Assembly: GCA_016930515.1 (NCBI GenBank)
Contig: JAFGGO010000038.1
Span: 1 to 30,688 of the forward strand
Direction: 5' to 3'
Length of the DNA: 30,688 nt
From: Promethearchaeota archaeon
Lineage (GTDB): Archaea; Asgardarchaeota; Lokiarchaeia; Sigyniarchaeales; SOKP01
In this document: piece after piece, positions 1 through 9,552 of the stretch
How positions within the stretch are numbered: position 1 is the stretch's first letter
How the letters are laid out: every line of letters begins with the position of its first letter
The notes under the pieces: generated by a model
Seen by the model: only the letters and a program-made list of their open reading frames with translations
Told to the model about the DNA's origin: nothing
Database searches by the model: none
Position numbers and translations under genes: made by a program

Positions 1-52
1 AATACAAAGCAACAAGCTTTTGGTATTTCATTTCTAATATAGGTGATAAAAT

Positions 53-313
53 TTGGCTAAAAAGGAGTTATTCATTAAACGCGTTTACGAGTTTGTTAAC
101 GAGCTGAAAATTCCGCTAATTGATGAGAGAGTCTACGACCGAGTGAGCGTCGGAGGCAGCATGGTAAGTGTCATCTTTAAATTTGAAGAGGACGAATCCG
201 TCATCAGGGGTTTTCTTGGATTGGCAGAGTATTTCCACACGGTAATAATCAAGCAAAAGGACCAATTCATCATTCCTCATCAAAACATGGTCTTTAAATT
301 AATTAGCGCGTGA
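53..313 (+). CDS. Small hypothetical protein (86 aa)
   Basis: TTG start preceded by the SD-like AGGTGA (41-46) and followed by an oligo-T tract; protein-like composition; no motif I can assign. Confidence 0.8.
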   Translation: MAKKELFIKRVYEFVNELKIPLIDERVYDRVSVGGSMVSVIFKFEEDESVIRGFLGLAEYFHTVIIKQKDQFIIPHQNMVFKLISA

Positions 314-324
314 GACATAGATCC

Positions 325-350
325 TTTTTTTTACTTTTCTTTTTATTTTT
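325..350 (+). terminator. Oligo-T tract, probable archaeal intrinsic terminator
   Basis: T8 run plus further T runs starting 12 nt after the stop at 313. Confidence 0.5.
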
Positions 351-394
351 AAATTAAATTAAGAGATAGATCGCAGGATAGAAGGTTGAATTTA

Positions 395-586
395 ATGCCC
401 AATATAATTATAGAAGGACCCATAATCGAAAATATTGAAATCAAAAGAACTTTAGTCAAGGATATAACTGAAATCGTAGAAAAAGCTTATGGCATTCCAA
501 AAGAACACATAATCATAACAATCAAGGAATTTTCTCCCGAAAATGTGGGTGTTGGAGGAGAATTAATTTCCGATCGTAGAAAATAA
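395..586 (+). CDS. dmpI: 4-oxalocrotonate tautomerase family protein (DmpI-like)
   Basis: Starting at ATG 395 gives M-P-N-I-I-I-E-G-P, with the catalytic Pro-1 of the tautomerase superfamily. C-terminal ENVGVGGELISDR is typical of archaeal DmpI. The track's TTG at 386 lies in the SD-like GAAGGT and would bury Pro-1. Confidence 0.88.
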   Translation: MPNIIIEGPIIENIEIKRTLVKDITEIVEKAYGIPKEHIIITIKEFSPENVGVGGELISDRRK

Positions 587-689
587 AATAATTTTTTTCA
601 ATTCTATTTTTTAACAAAGATAAATAAGCATCTGAGTTACACTAGTTTATTTAGAATAATTTTTATCTCAAATAATAGAGGCTATTATC

Positions 690-2369
690 TTGAGTATTTT
701 TAACGAAAAAATATTTGAGAAGATAAAAAACATGGATTCGAGAAATGCCGTTGAGTCGCTTTTAGAAATCCTACTTACATCTAATAAGTGGCAAGAAAGA
801 GAACGAGCTGTGAAATTATTAATTAACTATGAAGACGCTACAAATTTTACCAAAGTAAAAAACGCATACTCGAACGAAATTCGCACTAAAATCAAGTTAG
901 ATTTAATAGATCTATTAATGAAATCTTACGAAAAGGACGCAATACCATTTTTAATTAATCAATACAGGATAGAAAACGATTGGAAAGTTCGAAAATATAT
1001 TATTGAAAGCGTGGGAGAATTAGACCACCCCGATATATTACAATTTCTCGTTGAGACATTATCCGATAAGGATATCGAAACAAAAAAATCAGCAATAATT
1101 CTATTAAGTAGGAGACAGGCTGTTCATAGTTCGTCTTTAAAAATTTTATTCGAACAATTAAAACATAGAAACGAGGAAATTGTAGATCTAATCATAAATA
1201 TTATCGTAAAAATAGGTAAATCTGGAAAATTAGATGATATCCTCGAATATAAAAAAGAAGGAAATATTAACATTAATAGAGCCATCCCTCTTGTTCTTGG
1301 AAGAATGGGGGATAAAAACGCTAAAATTCACCTATTAGATTTTTTCGAAGACAGCAACAGTTTGGTTCGATTGAACGCAGTTCAAGCTCTGGCAAAATTT
1401 GCAAAGGAGCCTAGCGATATAGACTTGTTAATAAAAATGTTAAACGACGAGAACGAAGATGTTGTGCAAGCAAGTGTGAAGGCTTTAGGAATCATAGGTG
1501 ATAAACGCGCAATAAAATCTTTTTTTGAACTCTTGAAATACGACAATGAATCTATTAACAAAAGCGTTTTGAATTCGCTCACTAAGATTTTAAAAAAATC
1601 TAGTTCTATCAAGCGAATATATGAGTATGCTAAAAAAGGTAATTTAAATGTCAGAAAAGAAACAGCCATTCTTTTAGGCATGATAAAAAATCCAGACGCT
1701 ATTGACACGCTCATCGTCCTTTTAAATAGCAAGAACTCGAAAATCCGAAGGGCTGCAACGACTTCTATCATAAAGATTGCACGATCTAACGCTTCTGTAA
1801 TGACTAATATTGGAAATGCCCTTGAATCTAAGGATTGGCAAATCAGAAAATATATAGCACGGATAATAGGCGTATTAGAGAAGAAAGATTTGATACTTCC
1901 ATTGTTTTCCTTACTAAACGATCCAAAAAGTGGAGTTAGGAAGGCTGCTTCAAAAAGTTTAGCAAGATTTCCCGAAAATCTCGTCTTAGAAATAGCCATT
2001 GAAAAATTAAAACAAAATAATTGGAGATTAAGGAGAGCTGTAGTTCAATTATTGGTAAAAATAGGTACGGACAAATCCTTAGAGCCTTTAATTATTTATT
2101 TGAACGAAGACGATCCATACATCCAGAGATGGGTAGCAAAAGGAATGGGAATGCTCAAGACGATTGGAAATATAGAGCCGCTTCTTATAATGTTAAAAAA
2201 TAAAGACTCCAATCTCCGAATATCAGCTATAAAAGCATTAGCTAACTTGGGAGGAGAAGATAAAATCAAATATTTAGCCGAAAGACTAGGAGATGACGAT
2301 TGGAGAGTGAAACGAGAAGCAGAAATAGCTTTAAATACCATTAATCCTGACTGGATGAACTTTTTGTAA
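690..2369 (+). CDS. HEAT/PBS-lyase-like repeat protein (559 aa alpha-solenoid)
   Basis: Repeated ~31-aa units of the form L..D.D..VR..A..ALG.IG (e.g. LNDENEDVVQASVKALGIIGDKRAI, LGDDDWRVKREAEIAL). Confidence 0.9.
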   Translation: MSIFNEKIFEKIKNMDSRNAVESLLEILLTSNKWQERERAVKLLINYEDATNFTKVKNAYSNEIRTKIKLDLIDLLMKSYEKDAIPFLINQYRIENDWKVRKYIIESVGELDHPDILQFLVETLSDKDIETKKSAIILLSRRQAVHSSSLKILFEQLKHRNEEIVDLIINIIVKIGKSGKLDDILEYKKEGNININRAIPLVLGRMGDKNAKIHLLDFFEDSNSLVRLNAVQALAKFAKEPSDIDLLIKMLNDENEDVVQASVKALGIIGDKRAIKSFFELLKYDNESINKSVLNSLTKILKKSSSIKRIYEYAKKGNLNVRKETAILLGMIKNPDAIDTLIVLLNSKNSKIRRAATTSIIKIARSNASVMTNIGNALESKDWQIRKYIARIIGVLEKKDLILPLFSLLNDPKSGVRKAASKSLARFPENLVLEIAIEKLKQNNWRLRRAVVQLLVKIGTDKSLEPLIIYLNEDDPYIQRWVAKGMGMLKTIGNIEPLLIMLKNKDSNLRISAIKALANLGGEDKIKYLAERLGDDDWRVKREAEIALNTINPDWMNFL

Positions 2370-2499
2370 AAAAGATATCATAAACTATGCTTTTTTAGAT
2401 AATAAGCAAATTATTAATAATCGTGAATGTTAAAATACTTAAGAACAAGATGCTTGAAAACAATCCGCATTACATCATAAGCCATAGTAGTTGCAAGAA

Positions 2500-3066
2500 A
2501 TGCAGTCAACAGAATCCCAAAATTCAAGTAAAAAAAAACTCATCCGAGAGGCATTTTCTTCGGAAGTTATATCTATCATCGGAGATATTTTTGCGGGTTC
2601 ATTGCTCTACATCCTTATTTTACCGTTTCAAAGCTTTATTGCGTTGATCATTTTTATTCCAGCACTTCTTTCATTGCGGGGTAATATTAGTGGGCCCTTT
2701 ATTGCTCGCACTTCAAAGGATCTTATTGTAGGGGAGTTTGATAAACGGAGCTGGATCGAAAATGTGCTAGCGACAGTTTGTCTTTCTATGGTTACTGCTT
2801 TTTTAATTGGAGTGATCAGCATATATTTAAATTATATTCTTCTTAACATTGAAATTTTATCAATATATCAGCTCATCATGATCCCGATTGTTACGATCTT
2901 ATTATCTCTAACTTTTTCAATCCCGTGTTCCACTTCTTTAAACATCATCGCGTTTAAATATGGATTAGATCCAAATAATTTGGTCAATCCAATTATGACT
3001 GCTGTTGACGATTTTTTAACCATCATTAGTTTTTTTATAGCAATTATCTTATTAGGTGTAAATTAA
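2500..3066 (+). CDS. MgtE/SLC41-type divalent cation transporter membrane domain, subunit 1
   Basis: About 5 TM helices; PX6GN motif (PALLSLRGN) and P.X4PX6D motif (DPNNLVNPIMTAVDD). Start is ATG 2500 or TTG 2491. Confidence 0.85.
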   Translation: MQSTESQNSSKKKLIREAFSSEVISIIGDIFAGSLLYILILPFQSFIALIIFIPALLSLRGNISGPFIARTSKDLIVGEFDKRSWIENVLATVCLSMVTAFLIGVISIYLNYILLNIEILSIYQLIMIPIVTILLSLTFSIPCSTSLNIIAFKYGLDPNNLVNPIMTAVDDFLTIISFFIAIILLGVN

Positions 3067-3617
3067 TGGAATATTTTAATAAAATCATAAAAGAATCGAT
3101 AATTATTGTCATAGCATCCTCCTTAATAGGACTTGTGAGCGGGACATTTTTATCTTTCAATGATTCCATATTTTATTCATTTCCCATCATCTTGCTCATT
3201 TTACCCTCGCTTAATTCATTATTAGGAAATGTTTTAATCGTGTTAATATCCCGTTTGACAACTCATTTATTTATCGGTACCATCGTACCTAAAATCGAGA
3301 TTTCTGAAAATTTAAAAAAGGATTTTATTGGCCTTACTGTTACTATTTTACTAAGTCTTCTATTTTTGATAATTTTTGGGTATTTTGTTGGTTATATTCA
3401 GGGAATTAAAATTATTAATCCATTCTTGATAATATTCATAATAACATTAACAATAGTAGTACTTTTCGTAATTTTTTTCTTTTTGTTATTCGTTGTAGCC
3501 ATTTTTCTTTTTAAAAAAGGGAAGGATCCAAATAATTTTTTAATTCCCTTAGTAACCTCATTAGCAGATTTTTTTACGCCGTTTACGCTGATTTTATTTA
3601 TCCAAATATTTATATGA
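3066..3617 (+). CDS. MgtE/SLC41-type divalent cation transporter membrane domain, subunit 2
   Basis: TAATG stop/start overlap with the upstream gene; motifs PSLNSLLGN and DPNNFLIPLVTSLAD; about 5 TM helices. Confidence 0.85.
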   Translation: MEYFNKIIKESIIIVIASSLIGLVSGTFLSFNDSIFYSFPIILLILPSLNSLLGNVLIVLISRLTTHLFIGTIVPKIEISENLKKDFIGLTVTILLSLLFLIIFGYFVGYIQGIKIINPFLIIFIITLTIVVLFVIFFFLLFVVAIFLFKKGKDPNNFLIPLVTSLADFFTPFTLILFIQIFI

Positions 3618-3654
3618 AATCAAAAAAATAGAAAATATGAGTGAATAATTCGAC

Positions 3655-4911
3655 ATGAAAAAGCAGATTAAAAGAACATTCACATACAAACCACTCTCTT
3701 TAAAGGATATTTTAAGCCAAATGAAACAAAACATTGATTTAATGATCGATTTGGCTTACAGCGCCATCAAATTTGGAAGTAAAGAGTTAGCTGACGAAGT
3801 ATATTCGATTGAACAAAAGATTCACGAACTAACTTTTCTTTTAAACCTTCAAATCATTCAAACGCAAGCGGGAGGGTTTAAGGAAGCTAAAAGGTTAGAA
3901 CCAATCGTAGTGATGGGTTATTCGATCGACAAGATTTCAGACGCTCTATGCGATATAGCAAAAGTAGTATATATTAATAACGATATCCGTCAATTTACTC
4001 ATTTTTTGTGGAATTATGTTCCCGAACCAATAGTAAAGATCCGCGTTAACGAGAGATGTGATTTTATTGGTAAAAGTAGGAAAAGTATTCATTTTAGGTC
4101 CATTTATGGCGTAGATCTCATCGCAATTAGAAGAGACAACAATTGGATTTTCAATAGAAACGAAATGATACAAGAAAACGATAGTCTCATAGTGAAAGGA
4201 GAAATTCAACCACTAAAAGTTCTAAAAAATATGTGTATAGACGAAGAACCATTTACATTTCAATTTGATGAAGAAGACAAAAAGTCCGGAATGGATATAT
4301 CAAATCCTGAAATATACGAAAAAATAGAGGAAATCAAAAAATTATATATCCAAATAACCGATATTTCTGAAACGATGATAGAGCTATCGTTAGCCGCTTT
4401 ATTTTTCAATAGTTACGAAGTTGCCGAAGATGTTATTGAAATGGAAGAATTAATGGACGGACTTAATATTGTGTTTGAAAAAGAGGTACTTGATCTCGCA
4501 CACTTGAGCGCTTCACCTCGCGATTTGACGGGATTGATGAGAATTGCATTTTCCTGTGAATTAATCGCCGATGCTTCAGCAAACATCGCTGAAGTTATCA
4601 TAAAGGGTTTCAAACCCCATAGAATCTTGCAACAAGCGATAAAAGAAACTAACGAAATCGTTGTTCGAGAAGTACTTTCAGAAGATTCTTTTTTTAAAGG
4701 AAAAACTTACGAACAGTTGCAAGATAGTCGATACAAAAGAGGCTTTCATATCATTGCATTAAAGAGGGAAGAAAAATGGATTTATAGTTTCAAACCCGAA
4801 TTTATCTTTAATACAGGTGATTTAATCATTGGTTTGGGACCAAAAGAAACTTTAAAAGAATGGAGACGCTGTGTTAACCCACAAAAATATCGAGAGGAAG
4901 CAAATAAGTAA
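3655..4911 (+). CDS. PhoU + TrkA_C (RCK_C) tandem-duplicated regulatory protein
   Basis: Two PhoU-like helical modules (MKQNIDLMIDLAYSA...DKISDA; ISETMIELSLAA...ELIADAS), each followed by an RCK_C module (GVDLIAIRRDNNWIF; GFHIIALKREEKWIY...GDLIIGLG). Confidence 0.85.
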   Translation: MKKQIKRTFTYKPLSLKDILSQMKQNIDLMIDLAYSAIKFGSKELADEVYSIEQKIHELTFLLNLQIIQTQAGGFKEAKRLEPIVVMGYSIDKISDALCDIAKVVYINNDIRQFTHFLWNYVPEPIVKIRVNERCDFIGKSRKSIHFRSIYGVDLIAIRRDNNWIFNRNEMIQENDSLIVKGEIQPLKVLKNMCIDEEPFTFQFDEEDKKSGMDISNPEIYEKIEEIKKLYIQITDISETMIELSLAALFFNSYEVAEDVIEMEELMDGLNIVFEKEVLDLAHLSASPRDLTGLMRIAFSCELIADASANIAEVIIKGFKPHRILQQAIKETNEIVVREVLSEDSFFKGKTYEQLQDSRYKRGFHIIALKREEKWIYSFKPEFIFNTGDLIIGLGPKETLKEWRRCVNPQKYREEANK

Positions 4912-4925
4912 TTTTTTACAGATAG

Positions 4926-5336
4926 ATGCGTGAATTAAAGATGAATGGGTTTTCAGAAGTCAAATTTGTATCTCCAAAAAAAGGAAAGGGTCTTTTTGCT
5001 AAGAAAAATATTAATAAGGGAACAATAATCGAAAAGGCACATATTATACTCATACCTAACAAGGATTACGAATACATTCAAGACACCTGCTTATATAATT
5101 ATATTTTTTCTTGGGAAGATCCAAAATATCCTGAATCAACGAACGCCTTAGCAATGGGTATTTGTCAATTTATCAATCATTCTTATAGACCTAACTTGAG
5201 ATATCTTTACGATTATAAGGATCAAACTATAGAATTTAAAGCATTACGGAATATTGTAAAAGGAGAAGAATTAACCGTAAATTACAATGGTAAAATAAGC
5301 GACAAGAGTCCTTTATGGTTTAAAGTCGAGGATTAA
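4926..5336 (+). CDS. SET-domain protein (putative protein-lysine methyltransferase)
   Basis: SET motifs KGKGLFA, FINHSYRPN (NHSxxPN) and GEELTVNY; no post-SET Cys cluster. Alternative start at ATG 4941. Confidence 0.9.
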   Translation: MRELKMNGFSEVKFVSPKKGKGLFAKKNINKGTIIEKAHIILIPNKDYEYIQDTCLYNYIFSWEDPKYPESTNALAMGICQFINHSYRPNLRYLYDYKDQTIEFKALRNIVKGEELTVNYNGKISDKSPLWFKVED

Positions 5337-5365
5337 TATTATATCTTAACGATCTCTTAATGAAA

Positions 5366-6229
5366 TTATTTTAATAAATCTCTCAATGTTTTTAGGTTCA
5401 TTATATCTTCTTCATAAGTTTTGGATTTAGGAGTCTCTAAAATACCTGGTAATTTTTCAAATCGTTTGTCGTTTAAAAGAAGTTCAAAAGATTTTAAACC
5501 TATTTCTCCTTGTCCGATATGAGCGTGGCGATCTACCTTGGATCCTAATTTAGATTCTGAATCGTTCAAGTGAAATGCATGTAAATATTTCATTCCTATT
5601 TTATCTTCAAATTCATTCCACATTGCATCGTAGTTTGATTTATTAGTGAAGTTATATCCTGCGGCGAACACATGAGATGTATCAAAGCAAATACCAATCT
5701 TTTCCTTTTTGCTTACTTCTTCGATGATGGCCTGTAAATGTTCAAACTTACTTCCTAAACCAGTACCTTGTCCAGCAGTGGTTTCTAGTAATACCATTAC
5801 GGGTGAATTTTTAAAATCTGAAAATAAGTTGTTAAGTTGGTTTGCAATATTACTCAATGCGTCTTTGATGGTAAGATTTTTTTCCGCTGAAGGCACGACT
5901 CCAGGATGCATTACGACATAATCAAGTTTTAGTTGATTTGCCTTGGTTAATTCGTCTGTCATAGCATCGTAAGACTTTTTTAGTTTATCTTTATCTGTTG
6001 TGGCTAAATTTATCAAATAACTATTATGAGAAAGTGTTGGGTAAACATCGTTTTTAAATTTCTTTTTTTCAGAGATAAATGCTTCAATTTCCTTTTTTTC
6101 CAACGGTTTTGATGTCCAAGAGCGAACTGATCTTATAAATATCTGTACTGATTCACATCCTAATCCTTTTGCAAAGTTAAACACTTGGTCCTTTCCCTGC
6201 GATACACTTAAATGAGAACCTAATCTCAC
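5366..6229 (-). CDS. nfo: Endonuclease IV (AP endonuclease family 2)
   Basis: RLGSHLS, SHNSYLINLA, VMHPG, LLETTAGQG, CFDTSH, HLNDS, DRHAHIG and ILETP metal-ligand motifs. The true start is probably GTG 6229 (GGTG SD upstream) rather than 6298. Confidence 0.95.
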   Translation of the reverse strand: MRLGSHLSVSQGKDQVFNFAKGLGCESVQIFIRSVRSWTSKPLEKKEIEAFISEKKKFKNDVYPTLSHNSYLINLATTDKDKLKKSYDAMTDELTKANQLKLDYVVMHPGVVPSAEKNLTIKDALSNIANQLNNLFSDFKNSPVMVLLETTAGQGTGLGSKFEHLQAIIEEVSKKEKIGICFDTSHVFAAGYNFTNKSNYDAMWNEFEDKIGMKYLHAFHLNDSESKLGSKVDRHAHIGQGEIGLKSFELLLNDKRFEKLPGILETPKSKTYEEDIMNLKTLRDLLK

Positions 6230-6479
6230 ATCCAAGCACCTTAAGTATTTTTTGATATATGTTATTAAATGCGTTAATATATATAAAAGTCCCCTCATAA
6301 ATTAATTTTTAATGTTATTAAGAATTAATTCATTAATTCATCCAATTTTCGTAAAAATTAAGAAGCTAAGAAATTAATCTAAAGTATAACTCGAAATAAG
6401 AATAAGGAAAAATTTAAAGGCGAAACAATAATACTTTGCTTTAACAAAATTCAATTTCATTAAAGATAGGTAGCTTAGG

Positions 6480-9400
6480 TTGAATTCAGATAAGAATGAT
6501 ATAATTGACAAATCTGCAATAATAAAAAAAACACCCATTAAAAAAGGGAAAACTAAAGAAGATTTAAAAGCTAAAAAGATACAAAACAAAAACATTAAAG
6601 GACTTATCAAGACCTTAAAAAGAGACGATGTTGAGGCGCGTAATTTAGCTAAAAAGGCACTTGTAGCATTTGGAGAAGACGCCGTTGAAACATTGCTAGA
6701 TTTGCTTAAAAACAGCAAGAATAAGATGCTTCAGGCAGAAGTGGCGGAAGTTTTAGGGATGATAGGGACTCGAAGGGCTATTTACGACTTGATTCAAGTG
6801 TTAACAGATGATTACGAAGAATTAAGAATAAAAGCTGCAAAGGCACTAGGGTCTATAGGCGACACGAGCGCAGCTTTTGCGTTGATCCAATCTCTAAGAG
6901 ACGAAAACAGAAAAGTAAGGAGTACAGCTGCAAAATCCTTAAATTTCATTCTTGATGCAAAATTAAGCGAACAACTTGCCTCAGGCAACGAACGAACGCT
7001 CAGGAGAATTGGAGATAATAATACTATTCAAATGCTTATAAGATCATTAAAAGACGATAGCTTCAAGGTAAGAAGAAAAGCCTCTGAAGTTATAGATAAG
7101 ATTTATGATATATCAGTTGTGGATAAAATATTATCTAAAAAGGAAAGAGACCAAAAAGGTTTGGAATCCTTAATCGAACTTTTATTAGGAAACAACGAAC
7201 AATTAAATAGAAATATAGCATGGGCGTTAGGAACCATTGGCGATCCTCGAGCTGTAGTACCGCTTATTTTATTATTAAAGGAGAGATACCAAGCTGGAAG
7301 AGAAGAAGCCGTAGAAGCCTTAGGAAAAATTGGGGATACAAGAGCACTTATAGCTCTCATAAGAGCCTTGAAAGACGAAAACACAAGAGTAAAAAAGAAA
7401 GCAAACTGGGCTGTAGGAAATATGTCTGACAAAAATGGACTTCTTGGAATTACAAAAATCCTTGGTAAAATTGATATGATTTCACCAATTGAATTAGAAA
7501 GCAATCTCCCAAAAGTCGACGACATTTCAGCTATAGAAAGATTATCGAAAGCATTAGACGAAAATAATTCCAAATCTCAAGAAAGGGCTATTTGGGCCTT
7601 GAGTAAATTAGGTGACACGAGAGCATCAGATATTATAGTAAATAAATTAAACGAACCCTCCTTATTATGTCAGAAAGAAGCGATCATAGCCTTAGGAGAT
7701 GTTGGAAAGGCAAATTCAATACAAGTGTTATTAAAGTTTTTAAACCACGAAGACATCATTTTGTCGGATAGTGCAAGAATTGCTCTTCGGAAATTAAATG
7801 AAAGATGGGGAATCACGCCTTTCATCGAAGCAATGAAAAGTGAAAACGATTTTATTCGTAGCAAGGCGCTTGAATTTATTAAAACCTCTCAATCCGACGA
7901 GCTTATCAATCATTTGATTGAAATTCTAAAAGAAGAAGATGTTCCCGAAATTCGAGCAAAAGCAGCATGGGCTTTAGGATGGTCAAGAAATTCTAAAGCT
8001 ATAGAACCCCTTATTCAAGCACTTAAAAGAGAGAAGTCAAAAGAAGTGAAATCCGAAATAGCTTGGGCTCTTGGTTGGATAAAAAATCCCAGAAGCGTTG
8101 AACCCCTCTTGGAAATTGTTGACGATGAAAACGATATTGTAAGAAGTGCAGCCATCCGATCTCTTGGTCTTTTGAGGGATCCAAAATCAGTTCCAGCTTT
8201 AATTGACGCCCTTAACGATCCAATCTCTTTTATTCAAGCAGATGCTGCTAAATCCCTTGGGAAGATTCGCGATGATAAAGCCGTAGAAGCCTTAATTCAA
8301 AAGCTCAAATCAAGCGAATATCAATTAGTCTTGGAAAATACAATTAAAGCCTTAGAAAAGATTGGTGCATCCCAAGCGGTTGAACCGTTAGTTGAAATGT
8401 TAAAACATGAGAGCCCTGAAATTAAGAATTTTGCGGAATCTGCCTTGAAGAACATTCGCGATAAAAAAGCCGTTCAACCCTTAGTAAAAGCCCTACAAGA
8501 TGACGATTCAGAAGTTAGAGGAGATGTAGCTGTTTTATTGGGTAATATAGGAGATAAAGAAGCCACGGAATCATTAATAGCATTAATGAAGGATACTGAT
8601 GCTACTGTACGCTCAGATGCAGCAATAGCCTTAGGAAACTTGGGAGATCCAAAAGCAGTTGATCAATTAATTGAAAAACTCGACGATCTAAATAATATTG
8701 TTCGATCTAAAGTTGCGGATGCGTTAGGAAGAATCCGCGATGAAAAGGCCGTTGACGCTCTCATAAAGAAATTGAAAGATAGTAGCATTAATGTACGAAT
8801 TTCTGCGGCAGACGCTTTAGGCAGGATAGGAAGCGTAAAAGGGGTCGATGCTTTAATTGAGTCTTTAAAGGATGAGGATATTGTAGTAAAAAGAGAAGCA
8901 ATTAAATCTTTGGGATTGATCGGAGAAGAAAAAGCTCTCAACCCCCTAATTGAGATGCTGAAGCAAGAAGACGACACGATCCGAAAAGAGACAATAATCT
9001 CGCTTGGATTCATAGGAAGTCCTAAAGCATCGAGCCAAATAATACAAATATTAAAAGAGGGATCTAGCCAAAAATTACTCAAGGAAGCAATAAAATTCTT
9101 TGGTTTGGTTCACGATACCCAAGCTGTAAGTCCTCTAATAGAACTCATAAATCACGATAAAGAAGCTATTAGAGTGGAAGTCGCTAATTCTTTAGGATAT
9201 TTAAGGGATGCAAAAGCTGAATGGCCGTTAATAGAGCTTTTAAACGATACAAAACCAACAGTTCGGGCGGCAGCGGCAGAAGCTTTAGGAAAATTAGGGC
9301 GCGTTAAAGCAGTAGAACCGCTCCTGCATTTATTAAAAGATGATTCAAAGGTAGTCAGGGCGAAAGCAGCTGAAGCTTTAGGAGATATTGGATCCACCAA

Positions 9401-9491
9401 ATCTGTTAAAGATTTAGAAGGATTGTTAAACGATAAATGGGATTTCGTCAGAGAAAAAGCAAAAATTGCCATCGAAAAAATTAAGGGTTAG
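6480..9491 (+). CDS. Giant HEAT/PBS-lyase-like repeat protein (1003 aa)
   Basis: About 30 tandem ~31-aa repeats (A.E.LI..L.D....VR..AA.ALG.IGD) over nearly the whole length; Lys-rich N-terminus; TTG start. Confidence 0.92.
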   Translation: MNSDKNDIIDKSAIIKKTPIKKGKTKEDLKAKKIQNKNIKGLIKTLKRDDVEARNLAKKALVAFGEDAVETLLDLLKNSKNKMLQAEVAEVLGMIGTRRAIYDLIQVLTDDYEELRIKAAKALGSIGDTSAAFALIQSLRDENRKVRSTAAKSLNFILDAKLSEQLASGNERTLRRIGDNNTIQMLIRSLKDDSFKVRRKASEVIDKIYDISVVDKILSKKERDQKGLESLIELLLGNNEQLNRNIAWALGTIGDPRAVVPLILLLKERYQAGREEAVEALGKIGDTRALIALIRALKDENTRVKKKANWAVGNMSDKNGLLGITKILGKIDMISPIELESNLPKVDDISAIERLSKALDENNSKSQERAIWALSKLGDTRASDIIVNKLNEPSLLCQKEAIIALGDVGKANSIQVLLKFLNHEDIILSDSARIALRKLNERWGITPFIEAMKSENDFIRSKALEFIKTSQSDELINHLIEILKEEDVPEIRAKAAWALGWSRNSKAIEPLIQALKREKSKEVKSEIAWALGWIKNPRSVEPLLEIVDDENDIVRSAAIRSLGLLRDPKSVPALIDALNDPISFIQADAAKSLGKIRDDKAVEALIQKLKSSEYQLVLENTIKALEKIGASQAVEPLVEMLKHESPEIKNFAESALKNIRDKKAVQPLVKALQDDDSEVRGDVAVLLGNIGDKEATESLIALMKDTDATVRSDAAIALGNLGDPKAVDQLIEKLDDLNNIVRSKVADALGRIRDEKAVDALIKKLKDSSINVRISAADALGRIGSVKGVDALIESLKDEDIVVKREAIKSLGLIGEEKALNPLIEMLKQEDDTIRKETIISLGFIGSPKASSQIIQILKEGSSQKLLKEAIKFFGLVHDTQAVSPLIELINHDKEAIRVEVANSLGYLRDAKAEWPLIELLNDTKPTVRAAAAEALGKLGRVKAVEPLLHLLKDDSKVVRAKAAEALGDIGSTKSVKDLEGLLNDKWDFVREKAKIAIEKIKG

Positions 9492-9503
9492 ATATCCTTA
9501 CTC

Positions 9504-9520
9504 TTTTTATTTTTTTTATT
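9504..9520 (+). terminator. Oligo-T tract after the HEAT gene
   Basis: TTTTTATTTTTTTTATT 12 nt after the stop, in a convergent intergenic region. Confidence 0.5.
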
Positions 9521-9552
9521 TATCTCTTTATCATTATCTATTAAAAGATATA

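Noticed and set aside
2423-2647. 74-aa + strand ORF overlapping the first MgtE-like gene
   Set aside because: Alternative frame of a recognisable gene; no motif.
6230-6298. 23-aa N-terminal extension of endonuclease IV in the ORF track
   Set aside because: The family begins at (M)RLGxH; a GTG with an SD sits at 6229 and the extension runs through AT-rich promoter-like DNA.
1382-9472. Long antisense ORFs opposite the HEAT genes (1382-1999, 2096-2341, 6374-6718, 7103-7573, 8663-9082, 9152-9472)
   Set aside because: Shadow ORFs produced by the codon bias of repetitive sense-strand genes; Ser/Phe/Ala-rich with no motifs.
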